64,000 bases of DNA from the NCBI GenBank assembly GCA_951406725.2, contig OX597824.1, positions 12,028,001-12,092,000 of the forward strand, given 5' to 3'. A program made the translations under genes and the position numbers. Origin of the DNA: Octopus vulgaris (Eukaryota). Below are positions 25,850-40,006 of this stretch, one piece after another. Positions within the stretch are counted from its first letter, which is position 1, and every line of letters begins with the position of its first letter. The notes under the pieces are model-generated. The model was given only the letters and a program-made list of their open reading frames with translations, did no database searches and was not told the origin of the DNA.

Positions 25850-25914
25850 CACACACATATACCACATCAAGTTCCTTACATTTGATCTTAATATGAAGAG
25901 ATGCTGAAGTGGCT

Positions 25915-26800
25915 TATCCCTAAAACTTGGGACTTCTTGAGACAGAGTGTGAGACCAAATAGGAATAGGTCACAAGCTCTAGAGAATCTCTCCTTAAGAT
26001 TTTGTAAGCTTTCTGCAGAGTTTGAGGAAATAGTTGTACCATCAGCAAACAGTAGGTCTCCAATGATAACTTTCCTTATCTTAGCTTTGACCTTTAGTTT
26101 GACAATACTAAAAAAAATCAGTCAACAGCTCACAAGTATACGAAAATAGACATCATTGGCTGAAAACTCTGAGTTTCAAGAACAATACAAAAAAAGACAG
26201 CAAAAAGTGCTGTGGTAAGGATATTCTTTGGGTGTAGATCCTTCATATCACACAGTACTCATCATACCAACATGGAAAGACCTCATAATGCTTAGCAGCA
26301 CCAGTAGGCAACTAATGAGTGGTAAAATCTTAAATAGGCTGTTTCTACATGCAGAGGTGCTTGACTGTTTTTTTGCTAGGATAATAAAGGTGAAATATAG
26401 TGGCTGATTCTACTCCTGACACTTTTCTCAAGGCAGGCACATAGAATAGAAATATGACTATGGTGGACCTATCGGTGCCGAAGCCACATTGCAACTCAGG
26501 ATATATTCCATCTGCAAGTTTCAGCAATGTTATTTAAATAAAGAATTTGTTGGCTAAACTGTAATTAATTATTGCACTCAGTTTTCTCAGCTCTCCTCTT
26601 GCAGTGTGACAATGCTGGTATCCTGCATAACCTGTGGAACTGCATTCACTTTCCAACATTGGCTGGAGGGCTTGTAGAGGTGTTCAAGCAAGACTGGAAA
26701 ACAATTTTTGAAAACCTCAGCTGCAATACAATTTTTCCCGCTGGCGGGGGTGATTGCCTCCCCTTTGCAAATATAAGGACACAGAAAATATGTCAAAGCT
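25915..26800 (-). pseudogene. RTE-clade LINE reverse transcriptase remnant
   Basis: Frameshifted fragments: AAEVFK...CWKVNAVPQVMQDTSIVTL, YPELQCGFGTDRST, KVIIGDLLFADG (decayed FADD) and FGLTLCLKKSQV. Confidence 0.85.
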
Positions 26801-28618
26801 GACAGGAGACGTCGATGTTTCCTAGGGCTAAATGGCGATGGTGTAATTCCTTTATGGGACTGACACATTGAGTTGATGGTATACAACCACTATATCGCTC
26901 CACCACTGCTTATGTCTCTCTGAGACATTTAGAAATTCAATATTTCTAATAATGTGTCCATAGTCATGTTATTACTCTATGGTAGATAATTTGTCCATTT
27001 CACAGGGAGATGTTTAATTAGTGTACAGAGCATCAAACCCCACCTCTCAATATTGCTAATAATTTCCAAAGGAAAAACGAAACCAATAAGCTTGGCAACA
27101 GATTCACTGTAGTAGCTGACAGTAGTGTTGAGTACAACACTAGACTATCTATTAAGCTCCATAGTTTCTTTCAAGATTGACTCCAACAGATTTATCTAAA
27201 CCAAAGACAGTAGAACTATTTAATCCATAGCTGGAAATTTGTTGGTGAGCAGTATGACATTTCATATACCAGTGAGCCCACAGGTTATATCACTAAGAGC
27301 AGACCATTCCTGAATCCCTGATAAGTTCGGCTTGGAAAAATAAAAAAGTATTACCTAAGGTTTGTTGGTGAAAAAGCTATGGGCTGGCAAGGAAAGATAC
27401 ACTCAGCCATTCCTCTCAGTAACAAGCCACCAATGAAGAGTTAGAGACAAGAAAGTGACAAGCACCCAACTTGCATTATGCATGTCTGTGTGTGTTTGTA
27501 TCCATACAAATAATGATGATTGCTTAAGCATTGAATACAATCTCTTTATAGTCTTGTAGACACTGAGGATGCTTATAGGATTATGGCTTGTTAAAACTGA
27601 GGAGAGAACTAGACAGAGGTAATGAGCTAGGTTTAATTCAAATGCAACACTATCCTGATAAAGAAATCACAACCAGATGCCAATGGGGCTTCCTGTTTGT
27701 GCCAGACTGGCCTTCATACTAAATCAGATCATGAACAGTGAAATCAGAAATTTAGAAAACTTGGTTTGAACATGACTAAAACCAAGACATTAGGTACTAA
27801 AAGGATTGAAGTCAATTAAAGTCATAACTGTTTTAATACAGGACGGAATTAGACAGAAATTCAGTACTGTATAATTAAAAGAACGATAACAGTTGAAATG
27901 AGATCTACAAGGAAGAACTAAAGAGAACCTGCACTTAGGCATTTAAAAATACATTAGAGTAGCCAACAACCACAAACTGAAATCCATGACCTTCTCAAAT
28001 GGAATGGAGAGGCATAGCTATGTTTCACTTACTTGGGGGACATAATTAGACAGGAAGGAACACAGCAGTAAAAGAGGAGCAATAAATGTGGAGAGGCAAC
28101 AGTGATTATAGAATAACAAATAAAGCCATGGTGATGTGGGAATAAGGTGAGGTAGCAATTGGTTATTAAAGGAAAATAAATAATAATTGTTGAATAATGA
28201 TAGTTTCAAATTTTTGCACAATGCCAAAAGTTTTATAGGAAGATTGAGTTAATTATATTAACCCCAGTGCTCAACTGGTACTTATTTTATCAACCCTAAA
28301 AGAAATGAAAGGGAAAGCTCGCCTCAGCAGAATTTGAACTCAGACTGTGGAGAGCCAGAAAAAATGCAACTTTTGTTGAACAACAGCCATTAGTTTATGC
28401 TGGATTATGCTTATAGAAAAGATAACCAATTAAGATGCTTAGATCAAACCAGAGTATGTTGGTCTCACAGGTTAGACAGCGTTGAGATGCGTGTTCAACT
28501 GTGGATCCACCAAATCCATATAAGTAGGTGAGGGTTTAGCCAATATTTTTTTATTCCAACTGATTGTTTATCACTCTCGGGAAGGTTAGTATCTAAAAGG
28601 ATTAATTAAATCAGTTAA

Positions 28619-30700
28619 CCCTTAGAACCCGACATGCCGGTGCATTGGCACTATGCCAAAGCCATATATTCCCAAAATGCTGGTCTACTGGCACTCCACT
28701 TGTCTTCATTTTGTTACTGTTGTAAAGCAATCTTTTACCACATTTGTATCTGTCTTTTGATGATGGTTGTTGTTCTAACTTCAGTCCCACTGCGTGGCAC
28801 CTTGGGCAAGTGTCTTCTACTATAGCCTCAGGCCGACCAAAGCCTTGTAAGTAGATTTGGTAAACGGAAACTGAAAGAAGCCCATTGTATATATGTGTGT
28901 GTGTTTGTCCCCACAACATCATTTGACAACTGATACTGGTGTGTTTATGTCCCCGTAACTTAGAGGTTCAGCAAAGAAGACAGAAAGAATAAGTACTAGG
29001 CTGACAAAGAATAAGTCCTGGGGTCGATTTGCCGACTAAAGGCGGTGCTCCAGCATGCCACAGTCACATGGCTGAAACAAGTAAAAGAATAAAAGAAAAA
29101 GAATATTCCAAAGTTGTCGATAGAATGGTTCTATCTGGCACTGTATGACCCCTCCCCCCAGCCACACAGTGTTATCCTCAAAATGTTGGATCGTTATAAC
29201 ATCCACTCAGTATCACAGTATGATTACTATATTAGCACAGACATGACTATCGATACAGTCTACACGTACTCTTGACCGTCTGACCTTCTCTGACCTCTTT
29301 TTGTTGACCGGCTACTGGTCTATTTATAATGGCTGGCTACTAGCACTTTTTATCAGGAGGAATGTACAGTTTTACTACACAACAGTTACATGTTATCAAA
29401 ATAGCCACTTGAGCCACTTAGCAATCAATCAGTGAACATGTTATTTTGGGTGTTCAGCATACATATTCTATTGTGGATTCCTTATTTTGTGCTGGAATTT
29501 TGCCGAGGATGTCTTGAAAACGTGTCGGTGCTGAAAAAACACTAGCTCGGATTCTTAGTGATGATGATGAGGATTTAGATGAGTCTAATTACAGTAACGA
29601 AAGTGATTTTGAGCAAGAAACTAGCAAAGAATCGCCCAGCGATTCCAACAGTGAACAAAGTATGATTGTAATGAACACAGAATGGTACCTGTCTCTTGTC
29701 TCATAGCAGTGAAGAGTTGCAATAATTTCATGGGAGGAACAGACAAAAATGACCTGCAAAAGTGTTGACACCATTACAAATGGCCTTGCTGATTAGTGAT
29801 GAAGTTCTTTATGTGGACATCATATAATGCCTATGTTTTGCACGGATTCTTCAAGCCCCCATCTCCAAGCCTAACAAAAGAACTTTCACATTCCATGCTT
29901 TCTTGGATAAACTTTGTCATCAACTACTCGGTGATGTGAGGGTTAGTACCCAAGTGAGACAGGATTCATCCAGCAACTGCAGAGGATCGTTTGGTTGACA
30001 TTGGATTGTACGAGGTGGAATGAGCTGAACATGCAACCGCAAACATTCATTGTGCTGTGTGCATGGAGAAACATAGGCAGGCTAAGAGAGAAAATCCTAA
30101 TGCTCAATATAAGGACTTGCCAAAACAGCCAAAGGCTATTTTCTGGTGTAACTACTGCAAAGTTTTCCTCTGTATTGGGAAACCAGGATCAAACTGCTGG
30201 CACAGTTCTAGAAAAGTTTGCTGCATAGGGAATTTTGCCGCAAGACAAAATATGAATAGCTCCCCATAGTATATAATTGTTTCAACCAATAAAGAAGGGG
30301 TAAAGCAATTTTTTTAACTCATTTAAAATTTCTGCAAAAATTTTTGCTACACAAAAAAAGTATTGTCGGATGAATAAAGAAATTTTAAATGAGTTAAGAA
30401 ATTGCTTAACCCTATCTTATTGGTTGAAACAATTATATACCAAAGTGAGCAACTCATCTTTTGTCTTGCGGCAAATTTTACGGACACGGTTTGGCACAAC
30501 AAAGTACAATATCGGAGATACATTAGTGAGAAAAGACTGGAACATCTTGTATTCTATCATTTTCCACCAATTTTGTACCCTTGTGTTGTGAAACAAGCAT
30601 GTCTTTCTGCATATATTCTAGAATGAAAAATTTTCAGTGAAACTTGCTGGGAGCTTAGGGTGGGACACACAGTTCCTGTGGGCAGTTTGGGTTCAAAGGG
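28619..30700 (+). mobile_element. Internally deleted piggyBac transposon with a SINE-A insertion (about 28781-29100)
   Basis: TTAA|CCCTTAGAACCC ... GGGTTCAAAGGG|TTAA. Acidic N-terminal remnant SDDDEDLDESNYSNESDFE (about 29557-29660) and Cys-rich C-terminus CCVC...WCNYCKVFLC...CWH (about 30050-30205). No intact DDD core. Confidence 0.85.
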
Positions 30701-33700
30701 TTAAGCTGCTGTCTCACACTGTACATGACAATGTCAACAGCTCTTTCACTGACATTATAAACCTATCTATGTGAAAATGAACAACCATACAATCATCATG
30801 AGCAGACACAATGCAGGCATAACCCTAAGTACTTTTATGTTTTATTCTGTTATTATTACTTATCTATTTAGATAAATAAAAAAAAAAACAAATAATATAC
30901 ATTGGGCGTAACCCAGTTCTTTTTGGCTACCTAATCAGAATAAATAATTGACCTAATACGAAATGTTAGCAAATATAAAAGGGAATTTCGTATTTGAGAG
31001 TATATGAGTTATGCTCTACAAATTTATTACTGCCATCACTGTCTGAAATAAAAGCAGTTGTGTACCTGCGTGACCATTGTTCTCTGATCAATATATTTTC
31101 TACTACTATTGTAAGAACCAATATCTGAAAAACCTTGAGTTGCTTTGTACTTGGGAGTGTGCGTGTGTGTGCCTATTGCTATTGTATTTCATTTTAGATG
31201 TAACTGATGTTGTTTATTATACAACTTGTTCTAGCATAATTTATACTAAAAGTGGACTATGTACTTTTGCATAATAAGTAAGAACAATCTGGGTTTCAAT
31301 AATGCATTAAGAGTTCAATCTTAGCTAAAAGAAATCACAATAAGGCACCTGCAAATTAGCGGCATTAAGAATGGTATCCTGACATGAAAACCAACACAGC
31401 CCTCAGGCTAGTTGGAGCCTATCGACCCATACAACCCAGAACTTGGGTTTTAAATGATGATGAAAAATACAAAAATATTTTGACAAATTAAATTTAAATG
31501 TTGAAGTGAATCTAATGGTTTTGTGTGTTTCTTAAATGGCTTATAAACACCTTCCACACTGCAATTGTTTTCGTTCAAGCACACGATCTCAGAACAAGTT
31601 ACTTGCTATGCAAGTACATCTCCAAAAATATATTATCTTAGTGACTATGTAGGCCAGAGTCTGTTTTCTGTTCTAGCACAGGACTTACTTAAAGGAATAT
31701 AGCTATACAATATATTCCTAATTGTTGGAACTGTATTTGATGTTTCCTTAGTTTTTAATAGCTGACTTGTCAATTGAACAACTTTAGAGAGAGAAAGCCT
31801 AAAACGTTAGCCAAATCTCCCTCAAATTACAACCTACAGCCTTAAAAAATAAAATAAAAGGAATACACTATACAATGAAGTCCTAGATATGAAAAATGGG
31901 ATGGTCACAGCTGGAACACCTTGACTGTCTATCTCAGCAAGCACTGACTTAACTTTGAATTCTCAAATCCTTTGGCTACTGAAAGAAAAGTTGAAGCTTG
32001 TTATCTGTACATTGTTTTTAACTTATTCAATTACTGTTAAATATTTACATATGACATAAGTTGTTTCTATATCAGATATAAAAACTGTTCTTACTGATAT
32101 CACCCTCTTCACTTCATAACATCAATTTTTCCACAAGGTTATATAAGTTTGAAGGTTCTTATCAAATATATTTCATATTGTGAAGGAGACACCAAATCAC
32201 AGGTTTACTAACCAACATTTATATTTATATTTCAGAGCAATGACCAAGACCTTTGGCATTATGTCATGCTTGAGAAGAAGACCCATCAAGCAGAACAAAA
32301 TCGCAGTCGTGGTAGATACTGGTGTCATGCAAGTGGCATGTAAAACCATGCTAAATCAGACTGGAATCTGGTGCAGCCCCTCAGCTTACCAGCCCTGGTC
32401 AAACTATCCAACCCATGCCAGCATAGATGAGAGACATTAAATGATGATGATATCCATCAATAATTTAATGTTCATTCATCGTAAGGCCCTCACCAAAAAT
32501 GACTATGCAAACTGACCCATGGGTTGGAGAGTTGTTGCCCAAGTGGTGTCATCTATCAGGAGTAGTAAAGAATCACCAACAAATGGTGGATGCAATGATG
32601 TACTGTTGCAGTGCATGCTTCCATACTAATACTACTACAATCCTCAATCATCATCGTTTAGCGTCCGTTTTCCATGCTAGCATGGGTTGGACGGGTCAAC
32701 TGGGGTCTGTGAAGCTGGAAGGCTTCGTCAGGCCCAGTCAGATCTGGCAGTGTTTCTACGGCTGGATGCCCTTCCTAACGCCAATGGTATGAGTAGATAT
32801 TGTCCGTTCTTGATTATTTCTCATCTCATCTACAAGACTATACCACACATACAAGCATGGAAAATGCAATAAAATAGAAACATACTTATGAACCATATAC
32901 ACCCATTTAAGTGGATGGTGAATAAACAGAGACAACGTAAATGAGAGAGGAACCGTTGATCTTGCCAAAGATACGGTAACCTACAGTGTTCATGCCATGA
33001 TGAAATACACCCGGTAGACATTCTATAAAGTGGTTGGTACTAAGAAAAGCAACCAACTGTAGAAACTATGCCTAAAATGAAGTGGTAAAGTGAGACATGG
33101 TCCCAATCCATTTAAAGGGACAACTTATACCATCGTGGAAAGAAGACGTAAAATGATGAAGTATGTATGATGAGTGTCATTTGAGAAACAAATGTACTAA
33201 ATACAAAAACTAAGATTATATATTTCTATAAGCTGATATTTCTTCTTTCAGTATTACTAAAAATTTCAGTTTTGTAGCCCCTCCAGAGCAAGAAGCATGC
33301 CATGCCCAGGCCCTTTTCTCTCATACTTTATCCCTCTCTAATACTCATCCCCCTGCATAAAGTTGTTCCTCTCAGGATTGCAAGCTGTATGGTAACTTCA
33401 ATAGTGTTGATCGCATACACAAAATCACTCAGTACACACTGTGAAGTGGTTGGTGTAAGAAAGGGCATCCAATCACAGAAACCACGCCAAAGCAGACACT
33501 GGAGGACAATGCAATCCTTGGGCACACTGGATTCTGTCAAACTGTCCAACACACACCAGTATCGAATATAGACATTAATCTTTTAGCATTAAGATTATTC
33601 GGTCAAATGTAATGATTTTTCATTCACACTGTTTTTAATTAATCATGCATTATTTTGTAGCTTCCAAATTTTGATGATGTGATATTTTTAGAATGGCATT

Positions 33701-34539
33701 GAAGGATGTGTGATAAGCAGGATCTGGTTGGTTAGAACATAAAACAACATATTTGGATTAAATGATGATGATAGCTGTTGATTAACAGCTATGTGAAACA
33801 TCTAGTAATAAAAGAAAAATCTCAGCTAATATTCATTCATCTAACCCATGGTAGCAGGAAAAAAAATAAGTGAATAAATATATATTTGTTTACGGATGTA
33901 TTTTTTTTATATGAATTTATATATTAATTTTACAATGACATTTAACTAATCGGCTATTAAGTTTCAAAAGTACTCCAGTTTTTGGCTCTTCAGTCTAACC
34001 CAGTCAGACACTTCCTTCCACCCAAACAGCTAAGTGTAAAATTGTAAATTTGAACCAACATGAAACTTTCTATGTGATTTTTTTTTTATTTATTTAAATG
34101 GGTAGTAAAAGCAGGAAGAGCAGCACCCACAGATTACTATGAATTAATATCCAGATCTTTGTAAGTAACATAGCTGGAAGTCAGTAGCTGTAGGATAGGC
34201 AGGCCAGCAAACTAAGTAGCTTTCTTACTGTATCAGGCACACCTGTTTTTCCTCAACAGAAAGTAGGAGTGCGAAAGGAAGAGTGCGGCAGGAAGCAACT
34301 GGTTAAGATAGACAACTACTTATATATTTTTCAAGACAGTTTTTCTCAGACTAAAGACATGGCCAGAATGCTTGCAACAGACTGAAGGCCAGTCAAGACA
34401 CTCAAGAGCCAGGAAGTGATGTTAAGCTCACAGACTGGCCAGGAAAGATCGCTGTGATGCTGAACAGAAATATAGACAGCATAGAACAGAAGAGACAGAA
34501 GACGCAATTGATCATCCAACCATCTCAAGCAAGTGACAA

Positions 34540-35150
34540 AAAAGGCAGTGAACAACGTATAGCAACCAGCCCTGACAGCAAAGTGTTCTGGAAATATGTA
34601 CATTTGAAGCAGAGACCTCACTCTCCAGCTGACCCTCTTTACAATCCCCATACATATCAGATCAGTAATGACCCCAAGGAATGTGCTGAGCTTATTGCTG
34701 AATGCTATGCTGGCATTTTTACTGTGGAAAATTCAAATGTACCTTCTTCACCAACTCTGACATCAAATTCCATAACATCTGTGAAATTCACAACCGCAAT
34801 GCTGCGACACTACCTCAAGTGCAACTATGCCTCTCCTGGTCCTGATGGTGTTACTTATTTGCTTCTCAAATGTGGCAGGTTCTCTCTTTTGCACCAGCTT
34901 TCATTCTTCTTTCAATTCTGCCTCAACAACTGAATCACTTGAGAGCACTAGAAAATTGTCATTGTTGTTCCCCTGTTCAAAAAAGGTGATCGCACATCAC
35001 CTGTCAACTACCGTCTAGTCAACCTTACTAGCTGCATCGCCAAACTGATGGAGTCCTGTATCAGAGAAACACTCTAGAATTTTTGGAGCTCTCACAGCCC
35101 TATTCGACCCTCACAATTTGGATTTATCCCTAACTCCAGCTGCTGTAGTT
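34540..35150 (+). pseudogene. CR1-like LINE RT remnant
   Basis: KVFWKYV, SPGPDGV, then frameshifted VPLFKKGDRTSPVNYRLVNLTSCIAKLME and QFGFIPNSSC, with stops. Confidence 0.88.
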
Positions 35151-36454
35151 AACTCTGTATACAGTAATTTCTTTCATATAACTTCAACTCAATTCCAGTT
35201 GCCATTGCTGCCATCATAACAAATATTTTATGCCTGTTTTTCCATGCTGGCATGAGTTGGGTGGGTTACACATTGTCTCACTATATGCTATAACTTAGTG
35301 ATTTGGCAAAAGACATCAACAGAACAAATACCAAACTTAAAAACAAGTGTTGGTGCTGATTTGTTCAACTAAATCATTTAAGATGGTGCCCCAGCATGGT
35401 CGTATTCAAGTAACTGAAACAGGTAAAAGATATAAAAGGTAATGTTTATCGTGTCAATCATGCTTTTGGCATTTTTTTCATGGGTAGATGCCTGTCTAAT
35501 TACCAACCACTGTATACATGAACAGGGAGCAATTCATCACTCCAACATCAATATAGAGGTTGTATCTAGCACAGACTAAAGAGTCCCCTCAACTCAGTAT
35601 TTTTTTTTTTTTAATCAGGCTTAGTGCAATCCTAGATAGATCGCCAACATGTAGCTTATAGGGTCATTTATTCTGTTACACTTTGCTCTTCTTGTTCTTC
35701 CGCATGGTTTTTACAGCCATACACCCTTCATGTCACTAACCACTTTACAGCATACTTCTTTTAACAAATAGAATAACTGGACCAGATATGGCTGGTTTAA
35801 ATGCCAAAAGTTTAAATTAGTTTGTTGCCTGATCAAACAAATCAAAACCCAACGGCAAAGGTTGAACAAATATACTCAACAGGTTTCACACTGAGCACGA
35901 AAGGTATTTTTGAACAAACAATACTCGCAAAAGATTCAGTTTCCAACCATTCTTCAGTTAATATTTCGTTCAGGTCACTTGATGAAAAATTGACTAAACT
36001 GAAGTTAGACACTTGAAGTGTGTACAGAAGAAATAGATATATTGCTCTGGTTAACATCCTGAAAGACCTATATGCCATTGATTCATTTATTCAAACATTG
36101 AATGTGTTGTAACTTTAAGAATGATTAATGGTCATCTTCCAAAGAAAATTTTCAGAAAAAAAAAATCACAAAACTTCAGCAACACATAGGTCAAGACAAC
36201 ACATTACAGAATGTAAATTAATAATAAAGGATGGGTTTTAATTTTCTCCTTCAGATTAGAGAGTGCCAACCTAACATCCTTTATAACAAATATGAACGAA
36301 AGTGGTACGTATCCATGCAGTTTTAGGTGGGATAGGACTGGCACACAGATGTGGGTGCCATGTTGATTTGTGTCATACACAACGTTAAGAGTTATGTTTG
36401 GAATATAACTCACTAGAAGGATGGTGAGAGGTCTTGATTATATAACTACAAAGA

Positions 36455-36690
36455 GTTTTAGATAAGCCTAAGCATGTTTGGGAAATAACTGACCTGTAGA
36501 GAGATATTTTCAATGCAATTTGCTGCGGAGAAAAATTCTTGCTTTTGGCATGTGTTGTTAAAAACACTGTCAGTTCAAAGTGTTTTTAACGCATTTTACC
36601 AAAAGCAAGAATTTTTTTCCATAGCAAACTATGAAAATATCTGCTCACATGTTAAATATGTCCTAAACATATTTGAACTCATCTGAATAG
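36455..36690. repeat. Long imperfect palindrome (about 235 bp), probably an old foldback MITE
   Basis: AAAAATTCTTGCTTTTGG/CCAAAAGCAAGAATTTTT, GTTAAAAACACT/AGTGTTTTTAAC and AGATATTTTCA/TGAAAATATCT are symmetric about position 36573. Confidence 0.85.
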
Positions 36691-37981
36691 TTTATTTTAC
36701 AACACAGCTTTGTGCACCACCCATATACAAACTTCAGAGAGCTTTTACATAAAATCCAGAGATGGCCTATGGGTAAATGGTATTGGAAGAGTTAAATCTC
36801 TAATGTTCTAACAAGTCTCAGAATAAAGATGGCATGGCTAAAGTAACAACTAAGAATGGACTATAGCAGTAATGCAGGATCTGTCAGTCACAAACAACTA
36901 ATGACCTCTTTGAAATAGATTATTTGAAAATCTCTTAAATGAAACTATATTTTAAATAGAGAAGCATTCATGTCCAAGGTGGTATTGTTGTAATGGTAAG
37001 AACCAAATAGAACAGCTAAGATTAAGCTGGTTAAGTGTGAAGTGAATTTATTACCTAAATAGGTGAAATTGCACAAAAGGAATGAAGGGAATAAGAGATA
37101 GGCAGATGAACAACATGGAAAATTACAACATGTAGACAAAAATTCAAAAAATGGATAAAATGTACACACACACACAGGCAAAAAAATGTTGTGCACAATG
37201 AAATGTATGCCAAAAATAAAAAAAATGGAAAAGAAGTAGACTGACATTTCGGGTGAACCTTTTATCAAAGCAGAGTAAGAAGCAAGAAAAAAAAAAAAAA
37301 ACAATACTTATATGAAGCATACGTATACCCTTCTAGATACACAAGTTTCCAAAACTGAACTGGTAACAATAACTCTATTTTGCTCAAACATGTATGTAAT
37401 TTCTAGCACAGAAACATATTCGAAACAATCCCCAGTATACCTAGCACAGACCAAAATACCACTTTAACTTAGCATTACTGAAGAACTTGAAGAATCGGGA
37501 ACTAATTGAGCTTAAAATGAGTGTTAGCAATGCATAACCATACTTTGCAAATTATCCCAATGTGACCTACAAAACTATCAACCAAAATTCACCGCACGAA
37601 GCACAGAAATGCCAAAATTATTACAAAACAAATATATTTCTTCCTAAAGACCGCCAAGACAAATACCCCAAACCATCTGTGCTGAACATAATGTAGAAGT
37701 CAACTTATTTCAACAACCTAAGATATACAACAACAACAACAACAAAAACATCATATGATGACTATTATTCAAAAAAAGGAAATTGAAACTTGTAAATAAC
37801 ACACTAAAAATATAAACATTTGCCATATAAAGCAGAACAAGTACTATGGAATCTCATTGCAGATATAATTTCAATTGATTAAAAATTACTTTTGACATAT
37901 GTTTTTCATACAGAAGCTACACTTAAGAAATTTCCCAAAGTCATTAAATGCTGGGCAAGTTATTTTCACATGGAAACTATA

Positions 37982-38754
37982 CAATGGAACCTCAGTTTAT
38001 GAATTTAATTTGTTCCTAAAAGTTGTTCATCCCCTGAAATGGTTGTAAACCGAAATTATTTTCCTCATATGAAATTCAAGAGAAGGCATAGCAAAAGCTA
38101 GACACAGCAACTGATGCTCTCCTTTTAATACTCCTAGTTTTCTGCCAACTGTTGTCTTCTTGCTTCTTTTTCTTCTAATCAGGATTCACACCATTAGCCA
38201 CAAAGAATAATCTCTAATTCGAGCCTATTCTAAGCTACTAAGAATGCGTGCGGCAACTTGAAGATCCACCCACCACACGCAATAGACTGGTAGTTGCACG
38301 GGCGCAAAAGCTATGTTGTTATCCACATTCCGTAAATGGTGGCTTTTTTTTAATGGGTGGAGAGCTGAACTATCCTGGGGTACAGAGGATTCGCAATCTA
38401 GACTAGGGTCTGAATGTTTACCACACCATAGTGGGTTACACCATGGTTCCTCTGCTTTGTGGCAGAAGTAGGAAAAAAGAGTGAGAGAAAGTTGTGGTGA
38501 AAGAGTACAGCGGGATTCAACCCCTGCCGAAGCCTCATAGAGCTTAGGTATTTTTGCTCAATACACACAATGCCCGGTCTGGGGATCGAAATCGCGTTCT
38601 TACAACCGCGAGTCCGCTGCCCTAACTACTGGGCCATTGTGTCTCCACGCCAACTGTTGTTGTCAGCTTGCATGTTCGTTACTCATGACACCGTTTGTCA
38701 CCCAAGAAAGACATTTTATGTTTGAAAAACTGCTCATAAACCAAGATTCCACTG
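37982..38754. mobile_element. Tigger/pogo-like non-autonomous DNA transposon containing a SINE
   Basis: Ends TA|CAATGGAACCTCAGTTTATGA and TCATAAACCAAGATTCCACTG form imperfect TIRs. Confidence 0.7.
38156..38648 (-). mobile_element. tRNA-derived SINE (family D)
   Basis: Minus head TGGCCCAGTAGTTAGGGCAGCGGACT...GATTTCGATCCCCAG. Flanked by the direct repeat GCCAACTGTTGT. Confidence 0.8.
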
Positions 38755-40006
38755 CATATGCTCAAGTCATTTGTGGGTTGGCCAGGTTTCTTTAACTCTT
38801 TGATACCTGTCTGACTGCACCCTTGCTTCTGCAATATAAATTTCCTGTTTGAAAGTGATCCAAGTTGAAACCTACCAAAATTACAGGTTAATTTCTGTTC
38901 CAGCTTAGTAATAACAATGCTATTTTACTAAATTTTTCATTATTTGAAGATGTCTAAGACTAGAACATACCTGGTGGTGCTATAGTAATCAAAAAAATAA
39001 GGTCACCCTATGCATATTTTCATTTAATTGTTGGCCAACAAAAGTTTCAAAATTCTCTCCCGCGACGCTTTTTGTGAAGAAATTTTATTCTCATTATGAT
39101 AGTAATTTCAATTGATTAAAGAGTATTTCTGACTCACCATATCTGATCATGGTAGTTTGTACTAACTGTATAGGTATGGTGTATAAACATTAACATTCAA
39201 TGGGTGGTTCAAACATGGACAGTAATAAAATCACAAAAATGTCCTCTACAGCAAACTTACCATAAGAATTAACTATCACCCTGCTTTTTGCTTCAAAAAT
39301 GTCTACAGTGTTATTATATGAAAGTGTTATTGGCATTAGGAAGGGCATCCAGCTGTAGAAACTATGCTAAAGTGGACATTAGAAGTTGGTGCAGCCCTCT
39401 GGCTTGTCAGTTAATGTCAAGCCATCAAACCCATGCCAGCATGCAAAAAGGAATGTTACATGATGACAGTCTCAGCAAATGCCGTTATACCAGACAAGAA
39501 AGCCACTCATCATTGATATACAAAACTGGTTGAGGTTGAAATTACACAAAAAATTGCCCCAATTGGGCTTCTTTATTTATATTTTAATGTTAACATATTT
39601 AATGTAGTGAGCAGCAATATAATTAAAAAAACTTATGTGGTGAGTAATATTATTTTTATTATTTTGAGAACTACAGGAAGTAATACTGGGTCAATTATAT
39701 TCTAAAATATATATTAATTTTTTGCTGCGACTCTTGTACAATATTAAACAAAAGGCATAGCTGTGCTGTTAAGAAGTGCACTTTTCCACCATGTGGGTCA
39801 AGATATGCTCCCAACATGCGACATCTCATGGAAGTGGGGTTTTTTTTTCTTTTTAAGATTGATCAATACCTTTGAAGTAGAATTTGACAGACATAAACTA
39901 TGCATGTGCATGCACACACACAAGTTCCAACAATACAGAAAAAATGAAAATGAGGGGAAAGAACAACAAACAGGGTGTATTAGGTTGATGCACAGGAAAA
40001 ATATAT

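Noticed and set aside
35822-36078. ORFs open on both strands, with faint similarity to a hAT C-terminus
   Set aside because: Short, with no diagnostic motif or reliable splice pair; it cannot be assigned without a database search.
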